Shown one piece after another: positions 24,210 to 35,395 of a stretch of 42,306 nucleotides of DNA. How positions within the stretch are numbered: position 1 is the stretch's first letter; every line of letters begins with the position of its first letter. Made by a program: the position numbers and the translations under genes. Source of the stretch: Moniliella sp. 'wahieum' (taxonomy: Eukaryota); assembly GCA_003971905.1 (NCBI GenBank), contig RSEE01000008.1:1116001-1158306 (forward strand). Reading direction: 5' to 3'. The notes under the pieces were generated by a model. The model did no database searches. It was not told where the DNA came from and saw only the letters and a program-made list of their open reading frames with translations.

Positions 24210-27093
24210 ATGTCGGCCCCCGCCACCCCCCGCCCGACGACCCCGGCGACCCCCCCCGTCCGCCCCTCCCCCCCGCCCCTCCCCCTGCCTCCGCCCACGA
24301 CGACCTGATCGCCTCCCTTGCCCACGCCGCGGAGCGCAGCCGCGCCATGTTTGGCTCCGCCCCGCCCCCCCATCTTCTTCCCGCTCTCCGCGGCCGAGAT
24401 GCGCCAGGCAGGTCCCGATGTCATCATCGAGTTCCACCCCGCCCGCCTCGATCCTATCCTCGCCGCACCCTCTTCGCCCCGCTCTCCACCACGCGCCTCT
24501 TCCCCCGGCCCCCGTTGCCCCACCCATCGCCGTCCCCTGCACCAGCGCCAGCCCCGCAGCCCGCCTCGGTGTCCCATCCTCCAGCAGCATCCGCATCCGC
24601 ATCCGCATCCTATCCTGCATCTACATCTGCACCCGAGCCTGCCACAACCACCTGCGTCTACCCACACCTGAGCCTGCCGCGCCTCCCGAGTCTTCATCAA
24701 CTCCCAGCCTGCATCTGGGCCTGGGACCGCGGCTTTGTTATCTGAACAGACTCCTACCCCACCGAGCTGTCTTCTGCTCCTACTCTGCCGACGATACGCG
24801 CCGAGACGCTCCACCGTCCCGTCGATGCACTGATGCCCCACGTCATCGCCTGTCCCAACCATGGGCGCTCAAATCCGTCGTATTGCGACGTGCGTTTGGC
24901 TCGTCATCAGGGCATCACCTTGGTGCCCCCGACGATTCCCGACTGGCGGAATCGGTGCGGGCGCTGTTTGTGGATGCACCCTATATGCCAGTCCACCCGC
25001 TCTTTATCCCGGCCAATGCCAGCACCCTCCCTTGGGCATGCCTTTACGATCCGCTTACCGAGCTCGCCTGGCCGCTCATCCCATTTGAGTACGATCAGTC
25101 CATGTCGGAGGACGTGATTCTTCAACGCCGCAATCAACTCTTGGCCCAGGAACACCGTCCCTACGCGTCTACCTCCACCCACTTTTGGTCCGCTCCAGAT
25201 CGACCATTTTGCACCTTCTTCCCCCCGGATCACACTGGGAGCCGAATCGAGCATGCTCGTGCTGCGCGCGCTGCCCGGTCGGCCGGAGCAGGTGCTGCTG
25301 GTGCTGCTGCACCGACCACACCTCACGGCCTCGCTCTTCGTCTTCGTCCTCTTCCGTACGAGACCCCCCGTCGGCCAGGCTTTGCGCACCTCATCTCGGG
25401 TCACCCGTTCCGCTCTCGATCCTTTTCCTGCATACCCCAGAGGAACTTTCTGCCATGCTGGCTGGCGGGAGGGGGGGCAAACCGGCGGAACAGCCGGATC
25501 CTGCCAAGGCGCGTCAGTTTGTCGATGGCTTGGAACGTGTGGATGCGGAGCTGCGGAGCCGGATGAGTCGGTTGGGCATGGGACATTGCGGATCTGTCGG
25601 GATCGAGTCAGTCGGCGACAACGTTAGGCTGTGGGATTGTCTCGAGCCGTACGACGAGGAGGACCGGCCTGCGTGGCTCGCTTCGTCCGAGCAAGAGGCG
25701 CGCGACGCCCAAGTGGTCGGCATCCTTGTCCTGGCCACCACGTTGTCATGCCGCCTGTCTCCCCGCGAATGGCTCGCGTCCACGCGCCCGTCCGAATGGA
25801 GTTGCCCCTTCTGCCGTGCGCACCTGGACCAAGATCACACCCACCTCGCCCTCTCCCCCGAGGCCAAGGCGGCGGCAGGCGCGCAGGGTCGCTCAGTGCG
25901 AGAGGATACGCTTTCGAGAACGCGCTCACGGATGGCGATGCGATGCTCCAGCCTGTTTCCTCCCCAGATACCCAGATGAAGCGCCTGCCACTGCACTGCG
26001 GCCCCTGGCGCCTCCGACTCGGTCGAGGCGACTATAACCGTGCTGGGTCGCATGCTGGCCTTGTCACCGTGCCACCACCACTCCACGTGGACTGCATGCT
26101 CACTTCCCTCCGCATCGCGCACGAGCCACATTTTGACGAGTCGAGTCTGCCTCGGACACGGACGATGCCAGTGCAGCGAGGAGGAGGAGGAAGAGGGAAA
26201 GGAAGAAACGGAGCACGTGGTGCCCTCGGAGCGGATGGGAGAGGTTCCCACGATCACAATGAACTTTGTCTCCCGGCCACCTCAACCTCCACCTTCGCCT
26301 CCACCTCGGACGTCACGCCTGCTGCGCCTCGCACGTCTCTGTCTTCACCTCCTTCCACAGGGCCGGGCCAGACGAACGTGGCAAACTGTACAATCTCCTC
26401 TGTGGGCAGCGACGACCTATGACCATGTCCAGCACGTGGCCCGCCGGCCTGCGCCAGGGCGCTGCTCCCTGTCTGTCTCGTCGGACTCGGACAGCATGGG
26501 TGTGGATGGTGATGGGGATGGGGGCGCGCCCGCGCCCCCCGCCACCACCACGCACCTTGAGCCAAGCCCGCTTTTTCTCTCCCTCGCGCTCACACGGATC
26601 TAGTGCAGATCAACGCTGCCCGATCCGCGCTCGCTCCGCCCGGCCCCGGCCCTGGCACGCCGACCACCCCCAAGCCGGCCCGAGCGCTGTACCTGACCCT
26701 TTACCCTCGTCCGCGCCTTCGTCGCGCCCGCACCTGTACCTTCTGCGCTGGGCGAGCTTGGCCCGCGCCGGACCAGCTCGAGCCTAGCGTGTGCCGCCGG
26801 TGGCAGTGGCAGCGCCCCACTTCCCCACCTCGCTCCCTCTTTGCCCGCACCGCTTCAGGTCAGGTCAAGCTGCGCGGCCGATGGGCGGGTGCCCGCTGTG
26901 TCGGAGGGAAGTGTGGACGGAGATCCCGTTGCTGAGGCGGCATGCCCATACCCATACACATGCCCATGCCCATGCCCATGCCCATGCACATATTGGTTCG
27001 CATCCTGGTTCGCATCCTGGTTCGCATCCTGGGTCGGATGACCGCTGTGGCGGAAAACGCGCGTGCAGCACTTCCCCCGCCACCCATGCTTGA
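24210..27093 (+). CDS. RING-finger protein (putative E3 ligase) with one RING-H2 and a second, split RING-like motif; frameshifted, 3' end uncertain
   Basis: With single-base corrections, 25630-25817 reads CGICLEPY...CPGHHVVHAACL..EWL...WSCPFCR (RING-H2). A second ligand set is WRCDAPAC (25933), PCHHHLHVDC (26067) and WAGCPLCRREVW (26890). ATG at 24210 lies in a gccATG context. Confidence 0.65.
26941..27032. repeat. (CATGCC)n followed by three 12-bp TGGTTCGCATCC units
   Basis: Directly visible; encodes HAHAHAHA and GSHP x3 in the RING-gene frame. Confidence 0.85.
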
Positions 27094-27181
27094 GCCCTCG
27101 GCACGCCTCTTGTCCCGCCGTCGGACGCTTGCCACGTCTCCACCGGGACCCGGTGCCGGCCTGGCCACGGACCAAGCTGCC

Positions 27182-27262
27182 CCAGCCGAGCCAGCTGAGC
27201 CAGCCGAGCCAGCTGAGCCAGCCGAGCCAGCTGAGCCAGCCGAGCCAGCCGAGCCAGCCGAG
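27182..27262. repeat. 9-bp tandem repeat CCAGC(C/T)GAG x9 (PAE x9 if coding)
   Basis: Directly visible; may be the tail of the RING gene after another frameshift. Confidence 0.9.
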
Positions 27263-29872
27263 CCAGGTGGGCACGCCGCGTCTGCGACCGAGCTGGACCC
27301 GCTCCTCCCGCCGCACCAGAACCTTGAGGGCGAGTCGTACTCGTGCGCTCTCCGTCCCTGCTTGCTTGTCCGTGCGCTTACTTCCTCCGTTTTTTGGCGT
27401 GCAGGCGTGCGGGCGTGCGGCGTGCGGGCGTGCCTGCCGTGCCCCACCCCCCTGCCCCTCTCCGCACGCATGCACCTCTTCCTATATCCCCCATCCGTCA
27501 TCCATCTTCCTCACGTCAATATTCAATCGAGGCGCGCATGGAACCTCCCCCCCCCCTCAGATCTCAGATACGGCAAGTAGCCCCTTGATTTGTCCTGGAT
27601 TTGTCCTTGGTAGTGAAATCAGATACGACTGGACGACAGGACAGGACAGGGCTGAGCATACTGAGCACTAATTAAATGGCCTGGTTGGTAGCTGACCTGA
27701 CTGAGAGACCGACATGGGGCCGCATAACGGTACGCTGAGCCTCAGCCTCAGCGCTCAGGCCGCGTGCTCCTTGCTCTCCTGCTGCTCATCGCCAGCTCCG
27801 GCCCGACCTTGGCCTCAGCCTCGACGCCCAGCCGGGGCAGGAGCGGATGCAGGCGCCTGTCCCACCTTGCTCGTCCCAACGCCGCCAGCTGAGCAGACAA
27901 GATGGGTGCCTACTCCGTACTCAACACACTCAACACCTCAACGTTCAACCTAGCTTTACTATGATTTATGATTCCTCAGGTCCCGTGTCCTCCTCGGCTT
28001 GGACCGACGACAGAAGCGGCATCCCTGGCATGACATAGTATGCACCACCCAGCCCGTCCCAACCGATCTTTTCCCTCTCACCCACAGATTGCTCGGTCTG
28101 CTTAACAAAGTGCCCCCTTTTTTATTGGTCGGCTCCACATGCCACAGTAGCGTCTTAGCACTCCACAACTGAAAGGAGCCGACCCGCTGGCCGTTGTGAC
28201 ACACTGGGGCACACCGCACAGGGCGCCACTTCCTCCCGCATGGACCAAAGTGGCTCCCCCCTGGGTCTTGGCACCACCGCGTTTACCCCACGCCGGGGCT
28301 ATGGATCATGTCGATCATGGATCATAGATTATGGATCAGACATGTCACATCCTCCGACGCCAACAGGAGCGGAACCACAAGGGGAACGCAACAGGGGTAA
28401 CAGGGAGCGACAGGTGCAACCGCAGCCGGCACCCGCTGTGCGTCGCAGGTGGGTCGCTGCACGCGAAAAAGGGGCGGCTGGTGGGGTTTTGGGTTTTGGA
28501 CTTGGTTGGGCGCTGGACAGGGAGGTGGTGTGCACTTTTCTCTTCTCTCTTCTCTTTTCTCTCTTCTCTCTCTCTCTCTCTTCTCGTTACGCGTTACGTG
28601 CAAGCCGTTAGCGTTAGCGCCGCCTGTACTGCCGTTGGACGTTGAACGTTGAAAAGAGAGGAGGGAGCGATGGGGAGCCCTGGACGCATTGGATGCAATT
28701 GGATTGGTGTCAGCTCAGTGGCTTGGCACCGTGCCCGGCAGGAGTTTCCCCACGGGGGCATGTGGCTTGTGCGACGATATTGCCTCAGGCTGATCACGTT
28801 GATACGTTGATCCCCGTTCCGCGCTCCGTTCTTGCCACGGTGCCAAGGCAGCGGCGTGGCTGGCAGAAAAGGGTGGGCGGCGGCACGTCCCGATGGGATC
28901 CTCCGCTGCTAATTGTTAGACCCTTTGACCCGCTGTGGAACTCAGCCGGCAGGGAATGTCGGGGCTTTTCTGGTTTTGTGGCTTGGCGAAGATCAGGCTG
29001 ATCTCACATGCCACAGTCTCCTGTTCCATGTTCCCACCTGTCCCCGCTCTGTCTGGTCGACATATACAGTGTGGGTCGGCTGAGTGGCTCGGCTGAGGCA
29101 CTGCTGAGCGCCGAGGCTCAGCACCGGGGTTCAGCCGCTCAGCCTTGGTTCTGAGCGCCTTCGGAAAGAAAGAGGCGATAAAGTAACCTCCGCGGCGTTC
29201 CCTCCGGTCCTATAATTCCCTTGCGCTGCTCGCCACGCGCCATTCCACACCTCCTTTTTCCTATCGGCACGTACCACCCTGTACTGTATCCACACCAGCT
29301 ACCCTGGCGGGCTCTCGTCCCAACCCAGGGCCCTGCCCAGGCGCGGTTCTAGGCGTTCTAGGGGGAAAGGAATAGGCGGAGAATGGAGAGGCCATGCACG
29401 TAAGCGCATGCTTACTGTGCCTGTTGGGGAGGCGCTCACCCACACCACCCCAGCCCTACCCGGCCCTGAGAAGCCCAGCTGGCCATGAACGAGTGGGCTT
29501 GGCAGCGCTCCCCTCATCTGCCCTACCGCCCCCGACCAAGTGGTATTGAGAGCGGCTGAGCACCATACGCCGCGTCCTCGATGATCGATGAGTAGTGACT
29601 GATTCGAGCATCTCTTCCTGGCTCAGACCGGTCAGGCGGTCAGGACCTGTCCATGTCAGGCTCCGAACTCCGACGGGCGTTAAGCTTTGCTTTACTCAGC
29701 AGCGGTGCCCAGGCAGCGCGCAGCCGAGAGGGTTACGTGTTGCGGGTTACAGGGTTGCCGCGTTACCAGTTGGCACGTTACGCGTTGACGCGTGACGGGC
29801 TGAGCTTTGGGCGCGTACGCGCTTTTTCCAGGCCGACCGGGGTGGCCGGTGGCGCCGTCACAACAAGTGACC

Positions 29873-29919
29873 AGTCACTAGTCACTAGTCACTAGTCACT
29901 CGTGTCAGTCACTAGTCAC
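29873..29919. repeat. 7-bp palindrome array (AGTCACT)x4 plus a further partial block
   Basis: agtcactagtcactagtcactagtcact at 29873-29900, then agtcactagtcac at 29907-29919. Confidence 0.9.
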
Positions 29920-31345
29920 CGGCGTGCTGAGCTCAGCGCTCAGCCTGGGCGCTGAGGCTCGCCTGTCTGCCGGCGTCTCTGGGTTGAGGTGGAGCAGCGC
30001 TCAGCCGCGGCCGCAAGCCGGACACGGGACAGTTGGTCGGGCGGTGCGGTGCCTCGTGCGCCCAGGCCTCGCCCTGCGCTGGAGCGCTGTGGGCCCTGGT
30101 GGGGGAAGGGACAGGCGGTGCAGCCTGGTGCTGGCCGCTTGCCATGTGCCGCGCGCTGGAGAGGCAAGTACCAAGTGGGCTGCTCGTGCTTTCTGGTGTG
30201 CTTCCTGCGCCGTCTGGTTGCTGTTGCCGGGGCTACGATCTGTTATGGCCTTGGGCCTTGGGCCGTACCGGCCGTACATCTTCCCGTCCAGTACCCGCCC
30301 GACCACGTGGCATGGCCTTGACCGCCTGCTGTGCGCTGTCAGATCTCAGATCTCAGAAGACCCCCCAGACAGGCGGCGCGAAGGGGCCGCAAGCCGCGAG
30401 ATGGGCAAGGCACGAGAGCGGTTGCGTTCGCTGGCCCATGTTGCTGTCTCACGGGGGGCCCGATACGTAGAGGCGCTGCACGATGCATGGGCAGGAGCCG
30501 CAGGGGGGCGGTGTGTCGCGCAGGGCTACGTCATGGGCGCGCCATCGACGTCATCAATGGCGAATGATTCATGCCAGACGCGGGTCGTCGTTCTGCGAAG
30601 GGATCGAGGCTGGATGTGTTGGCTGGTGCGGGGCGCCCCCAGGGCGCCGCCTGGGCGGCACGGTGGGGAGCAAACAGGTGGTGAGGGGGAGGGGGGCGTC
30701 GGGCGTTGGGGTCGCGCTCTGTCGCGCTGCGGTCGGGGATTGCGAATTGGGCAATGATTAATGAAACGTGGCATTGAAATGCGCCCATCCAGAGCGCATG
30801 CCAGCGCGGACGTGCGGCGCGTCGGCGGGTGTCTGGGCAGCTGGGGCGGCGTGGAGGATGCATGCGGGCCAGCCGCTTGCTTTGGGCCGAGGGCGCACGG
30901 GGGCGGTGTGCGGCGCGGCGCGGGGCATGCAGCATGCATGCAGTGTGTCCGCGCAGGCGCCTGCAGGCCCAGGCACTGCGTCCACGCGGGGCGGCTGCCC
31001 GGCAGGCCAGTGCACAGCCCGGCGCCAGTGGCTAGGCACTGCAGCCTACGTACGCCCCCAGCACGGATGCATGCATGACATGTGCCATGGACAGGGCAGA
31101 CGCACACTGCCACACCAGGCGCCGACGCCTGCTGTGCTGCCTTTGCGTCGCCCGTCCACCCAACGTTCCTCCTTTCGTCCGCAACGCCTCAGCCCGTGCG
31201 CGCAACCCGCCTCCGCCTCCCCCCCCGCCTGCCGTAGCCTGCCTTAGCCTGCCCCAGCTGCCCCCCCCCCCCGCTTCTCCCACCACCACCATCCCCTTCC
31301 CTCTGTCGTCGCTTTCGCCTGCCGTCTGTATCCCCTCCTCTCACC

Positions 31346-31582
31346 ATGGCCAAGTACGCAATCTGCCCCAGGTGCGGCCACGTCACTCGCATCGAGACCG
31401 GCATCTGCGTCTTCTGCGACGCCGACCTGACCAACGCCACCCCTGTCACCCGCCACCCGTCCGCCGCTGCCTCGACGCTTCATAATCTGCACCACCCCGC
31501 GTCCGGCGCCCCGGCGCACCCCCACCCGCACGCGTCCTGTTCCAGCGCCCACGGCCCCTCGTCTCCTTGCTTGCTTCCGCTC
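31346..31582 (+). CDS. Candidate first exon of a small orphan protein with a CxxC-x11-CxxC zinc-ribbon-like motif
   Basis: caccATGg context; MAKYAICPRCGHVTRIETGICVFCDADLT with strongly C/G-ending codons; phase-0 GTAGGT donor at 31583 followed by pyrimidine-rich intron-like sequence. Downstream exons unresolved. Confidence 0.45.
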
Positions 31583-32498
31583 GTAGGTCCGCTGCTTCCC
31601 TGGCTCAGGCGCCTTCTCTCGACGGATTCAACGCATCTCCTGATTGTTTCGGTTTCGTTTCGTGCTCCGCCTTGCCTCGCCTCCCTTGCCCTCGCTTGGC
31701 CTTGCCTCGCCTTGCCTCGTCCCGCCTCGCCCCGCCTTTGCTCTGCATATACCACCGCCCCCCTCTCTCTCCTAGCCCCCGTTAATCGCAGCGCCTTGTC
31801 AGGCCACCCATTTCTTCACCACTCATACTCCCCTGCCCATCGCCCTCCCGACGGAGACACTCAAACAACCAACTTTTCGTTTCGTCTTTCGTCTCGCTCT
31901 ACCCCCCTCTCTCAAGCTACGCCCCCACCCCTGTTTGAACGGGGCCCAACCCTCTGTTTGGACCGGGGGGGAGCATTCTTCATTCGTTGTCTTTCTCCTT
32001 TGCCACGCATCCACTCGATCCTCGCTTCTCTCTTGCACCTAGCCCCACCACCCTTGTGGCTGGCCCACTCTGTGGCTCCGCCCCTCTGCCTACTCGGTTT
32101 GATTGGCTAGACTGTGTCACAACGCCAATGGGCGCGGCCGGGCTAGGTTCCTTTTTTGTATTATTTGGCCCGTCGGCCTTTTTGCTACCCATCCCAAAAC
32201 CCATCCCGCGTTTCATGCTCCACCTCCCTGTCTCGCTGTGCGGCCACAGAGGTTGGCAACTGCTCATACATACCTTCGCTCTTTGCTTTTTCTCTTTTCT
32301 CTTTTGTCGTCTTGGTCTTGGCGCAGCCGCGACCGGCCACGCTCACGCGGCGCTTGGGCTCGATACAGACGTAGCCTAGTTATCGCATGCCTTGCATCCT
32401 ACATCGTATTCATACATCGTAGCTTGCTTACCTTTCGCCGTAACCCCCTTGGAGACCCTCCGCCATGGGCAGAGCGACTTGCAGCTGAGCCGCCCTGG

Positions 32499-32523
32499 GC
32501 TTCAAGCTTCAAGCTTCAAGCTT
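32499..32523. repeat. 7-bp palindrome array (CTTCAAG)x3
   Basis: gcttcaagcttcaagcttcaagctt; the same unit is arrayed at 4322-4341 and near 21172-21200. Confidence 0.9.
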
Positions 32524-33308
32524 GCAGCTTCACGGCCGTTCGAATCGCTCCATTCGGCAGACCCAGATGCCACGCCTTGGGCGTATGCACCTCCTTTTCC
32601 GTCGCGGCCGAGGTCGATTCCCCATCCACCTGCCTCCCTTTCTTTCTTTGCAGTGCCGTCGGGCGAATCTCCGAACCTCAATCGAAGCATACTGTGCCGG
32701 TCGCCATACATCGCAAGTCAGTGGGTGTGCCCTATCCTGGCGCCTGGCATGCCACCTATCCGCCCACCGTTGCTTCCGTTGCCCGCCAATCCTACTCCTT
32801 CGCCATCGCTCTCCTCCTTTCCACGCATCGCCACTAGATCCACAATTGGTGCCACCCCCGCCCAGCACACGTACCCGATGCTAGACTCCCGATTCCAGAC
32901 TCCAGAGCTTAGACTCTAGGCTTCGTACGTGTGGGCTGCATTCGCAGGCGCCAGTAGCGCAAGTGATCAAAGAGCGGGTCGGCAGTGTTTGGGCCTGGGA
33001 CTTGGATAGCGGAGGCCAGAGCCGCTGTGCAATCCCCCGGGACGTAGGTAGGCGAGAGCAGGCGAGAGCGGCAGAAAAAGACAAGGCCGAGGAACGCAGC
33101 TAAGCGCCAAGCTCTGGGGGAAGGCAAGGAGGATGTGAATTACGTCAGCAGAGGCGAGACAGGTGCGCGGGTGGCGCGGGCTCGGCCCAGCTCGCACCGA
33201 GGAGCGTTCTGCCCGTGGAAGAGGCGAGGCGCGGCCAGTGGCCCAACCCCACCTCCCATTCCCACCCCATCGCTTCTGTTCTAACCCCCACCACCCGCGC
33301 CGGGAGCG

Positions 33309-34449
33309 ATGAGCGATCTGTGCCGCAACCGGCTCGCCCAGGAGCGCAAGAACTGGCGCAAAGACCATCCCTTTGTACGCCCCCATTCTCCGCGGCCTTA
33401 GCGCCTGAGCGCGTCTTGTGCCTTGGCGCGCCGCCTGGCTTGCCCTGCGCTGCCTTTTTTTGGGCCGGCTACTGACCTGGCCCGTGCTTGTTCCTGGTCC
33501 TGTTCCTACCCCCCCCCCCCCCCCCTTCCCGCTGCCCGCGTCCGATCGGTGCATGTATCTGTCTGTGTATGGGGGGTCGCGTTGGGATGCGGCGCTTACC
33601 GCTTGCCTTGCACCAGGGGTTTTATGCCCGCCCTACCAAACTGCCCGACGGCTCCCTCGACCTGCAAAACTGGGAGGCTGGCATTCCGGGCAAAGCTGGC
33701 TCGCCCTGGGAAGGTGGCATGTACAAGTTGATCATCCATTTCCCAGCTGACTACCCCGCCCGTCCGCCCGTCTGTATGTTTGTTATCCCTCCACCCCCAC
33801 CCCCCTCTCTCTCCTTGTCGTTCTGCCTCCCTGTTGCCCTGTTAGCGTGTTGCCCTTGCCACGCCTCCCTTTTTTTCTTTTCTTTCTTTCTTTTTTTTCC
33901 GACCACCTGGCTAACCCCCTAACCTCTCTTTCGCTGCGGTGTCGTGGGTGCAGGCAAGTTTTCGCCGGTCATTTTCCACCCCAACGTCTTCCCGGAAGGC
34001 CATGTGTGTCTCAGCATCCTGCAACAAGACAATGGCTGGAGACCGTCGTTGACGGTCAAAGATGTCTTGCTGGGCGTGCAGACGCTCATGAACGAACCCA
34101 ACGATCATCATATTGCTCAGGCCGAGGCACAACAGCTTTGTCGTCATGATCATCCCAAGTACCTGTACGTCCTTTGTCCTTCTCCTTCTCCTTCTCTTTG
34201 TCCTTCTTCTTCTCCTTCTCTTTGTCCTTCTCCTTCTCCTTCTCTTTCTCCTTCTCCTTTTTTTCTTGCCTTGTCTGTATTATGTTGTCGGGTGGCGGTG
34301 CGGGGGCCACCCACGCCGCGTTTTGTCTTGTTTTGTTCGGGGTTTGGCTGGTTTGGTTGCTTTGGGCCCGGCTGTCGTACTGACCCTGATCTTGCTTCTT
34401 GCCTCGGGCGACACTTAGCGCACGAGTACGAGCGCAGGCCAAGCCATGA
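33309..34449 (+). CDS. UBC9: SUMO-conjugating E2 enzyme Ubc9, 4 exons (33309-33374, 33617-33773, 33954-34164, 34419-34449)
   Basis: Spliced product [154 protein letters not shown]. All three introns are GT-AG with compatible phases; catalytic Cys at 34007-34009. The true stop may be 34463 if one base is missing. Confidence 0.93.
34170..34260. repeat. Pyrimidine-rich (CCTTCT)-based tandem repeat in UBC9 intron 3
   Basis: Units such as ctttgtccttctccttctccttct recur about every 24 bp. Confidence 0.8.
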
Positions 34450-35395
34450 CACCAAAAGAGTAGAACGACAAAGACAAAAAGACAACGACAACCAGCGCCC
34501 CTCCTCCCCCGCTGGGTCGATCAACCGTTGGGCCGCATGCGGGTCTTGTCTTGTCTGTCTTGTCCTGAGGTTGCCGTAAAGTTGGCTGGAGGTTCTGGTG
34601 GTTGTCGGCAGGCTGTCTGGAGACCCAGGGCTTGGGAACGGAAAATTTACTATCCTTCGTAGGGGCGTATGCCACGCCGGCCCTACGTCGTTGCATGCCT
34701 TGAGTGGCTTGGTGCCCTCGCGTTCGTAAGTAGTGTGCATCTTGCCTTGTCGATGGTGCTGTGTAGATAACATGGATGGGGGCGAATGGGCGATCCCATC
34801 TCCGATCGCTCGACTGGCACTCTGTATCTCCCGATTGGTTCAGGAACTCTCAGGACTCAGGCAGGACACAGGACTCAGTTGGGCAGGTGTGTACCCGGCC
34901 CCCTACGCGCTGCGTGCCCTCAGGCCTCAGAGCCTTCCGATGAAGCTTGAAGTCTCTGATCTCCTAAGATCTAGTTCGGCGCGGGCGGGTGCGTAGCGCG
35001 CAAGGGCCACACGATCCTTACTCCCGTGCGCGTATTCAGCGACAAGGCAGCCTAAGGCCCGAGGCAGCCCTGAGGCGTGCTTCGATCTGGCTCAGATCTG
35101 CACACTTGAAGGTCTGCCGGCCGCGCGGGCCGCGCGATCACGTGAGAGAAATGCGATGGGAGCGTGGCTTGAACGTTGAAGTTGCACACCCCCGCTGTCA
35201 CGTGACGGGGAGTGGGAATCAACAAGGCCTGTGCGTTGGTTGGAGTCTCGATTGGGGCCGACGGCAGCCGCGTAGAATCTGGCTCAGCGCCTCGCCGAAC
35301 CAGTGGGGGCCATGTCGGCGGTGCGCGGCGGCCGAGGGCGGACCTCCTGGCTCTCATCTCTCCTCTCGCCTCCGCGTCTTTCACCGCCGGCCGCC

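Noticed and set aside
29924..31292. Long GC-rich ORFs such as 29924..30757
   Set aside because: ORFs are open in several frames on both strands, as expected at high GC, and translations include the palindrome arrays; no protein-like signal.
33910..33924. CTAACCCCCTAACC as an interstitial telomere repeat
   Set aside because: It sits at the branch-point position (CTAAC) of UBC9 intron 2.
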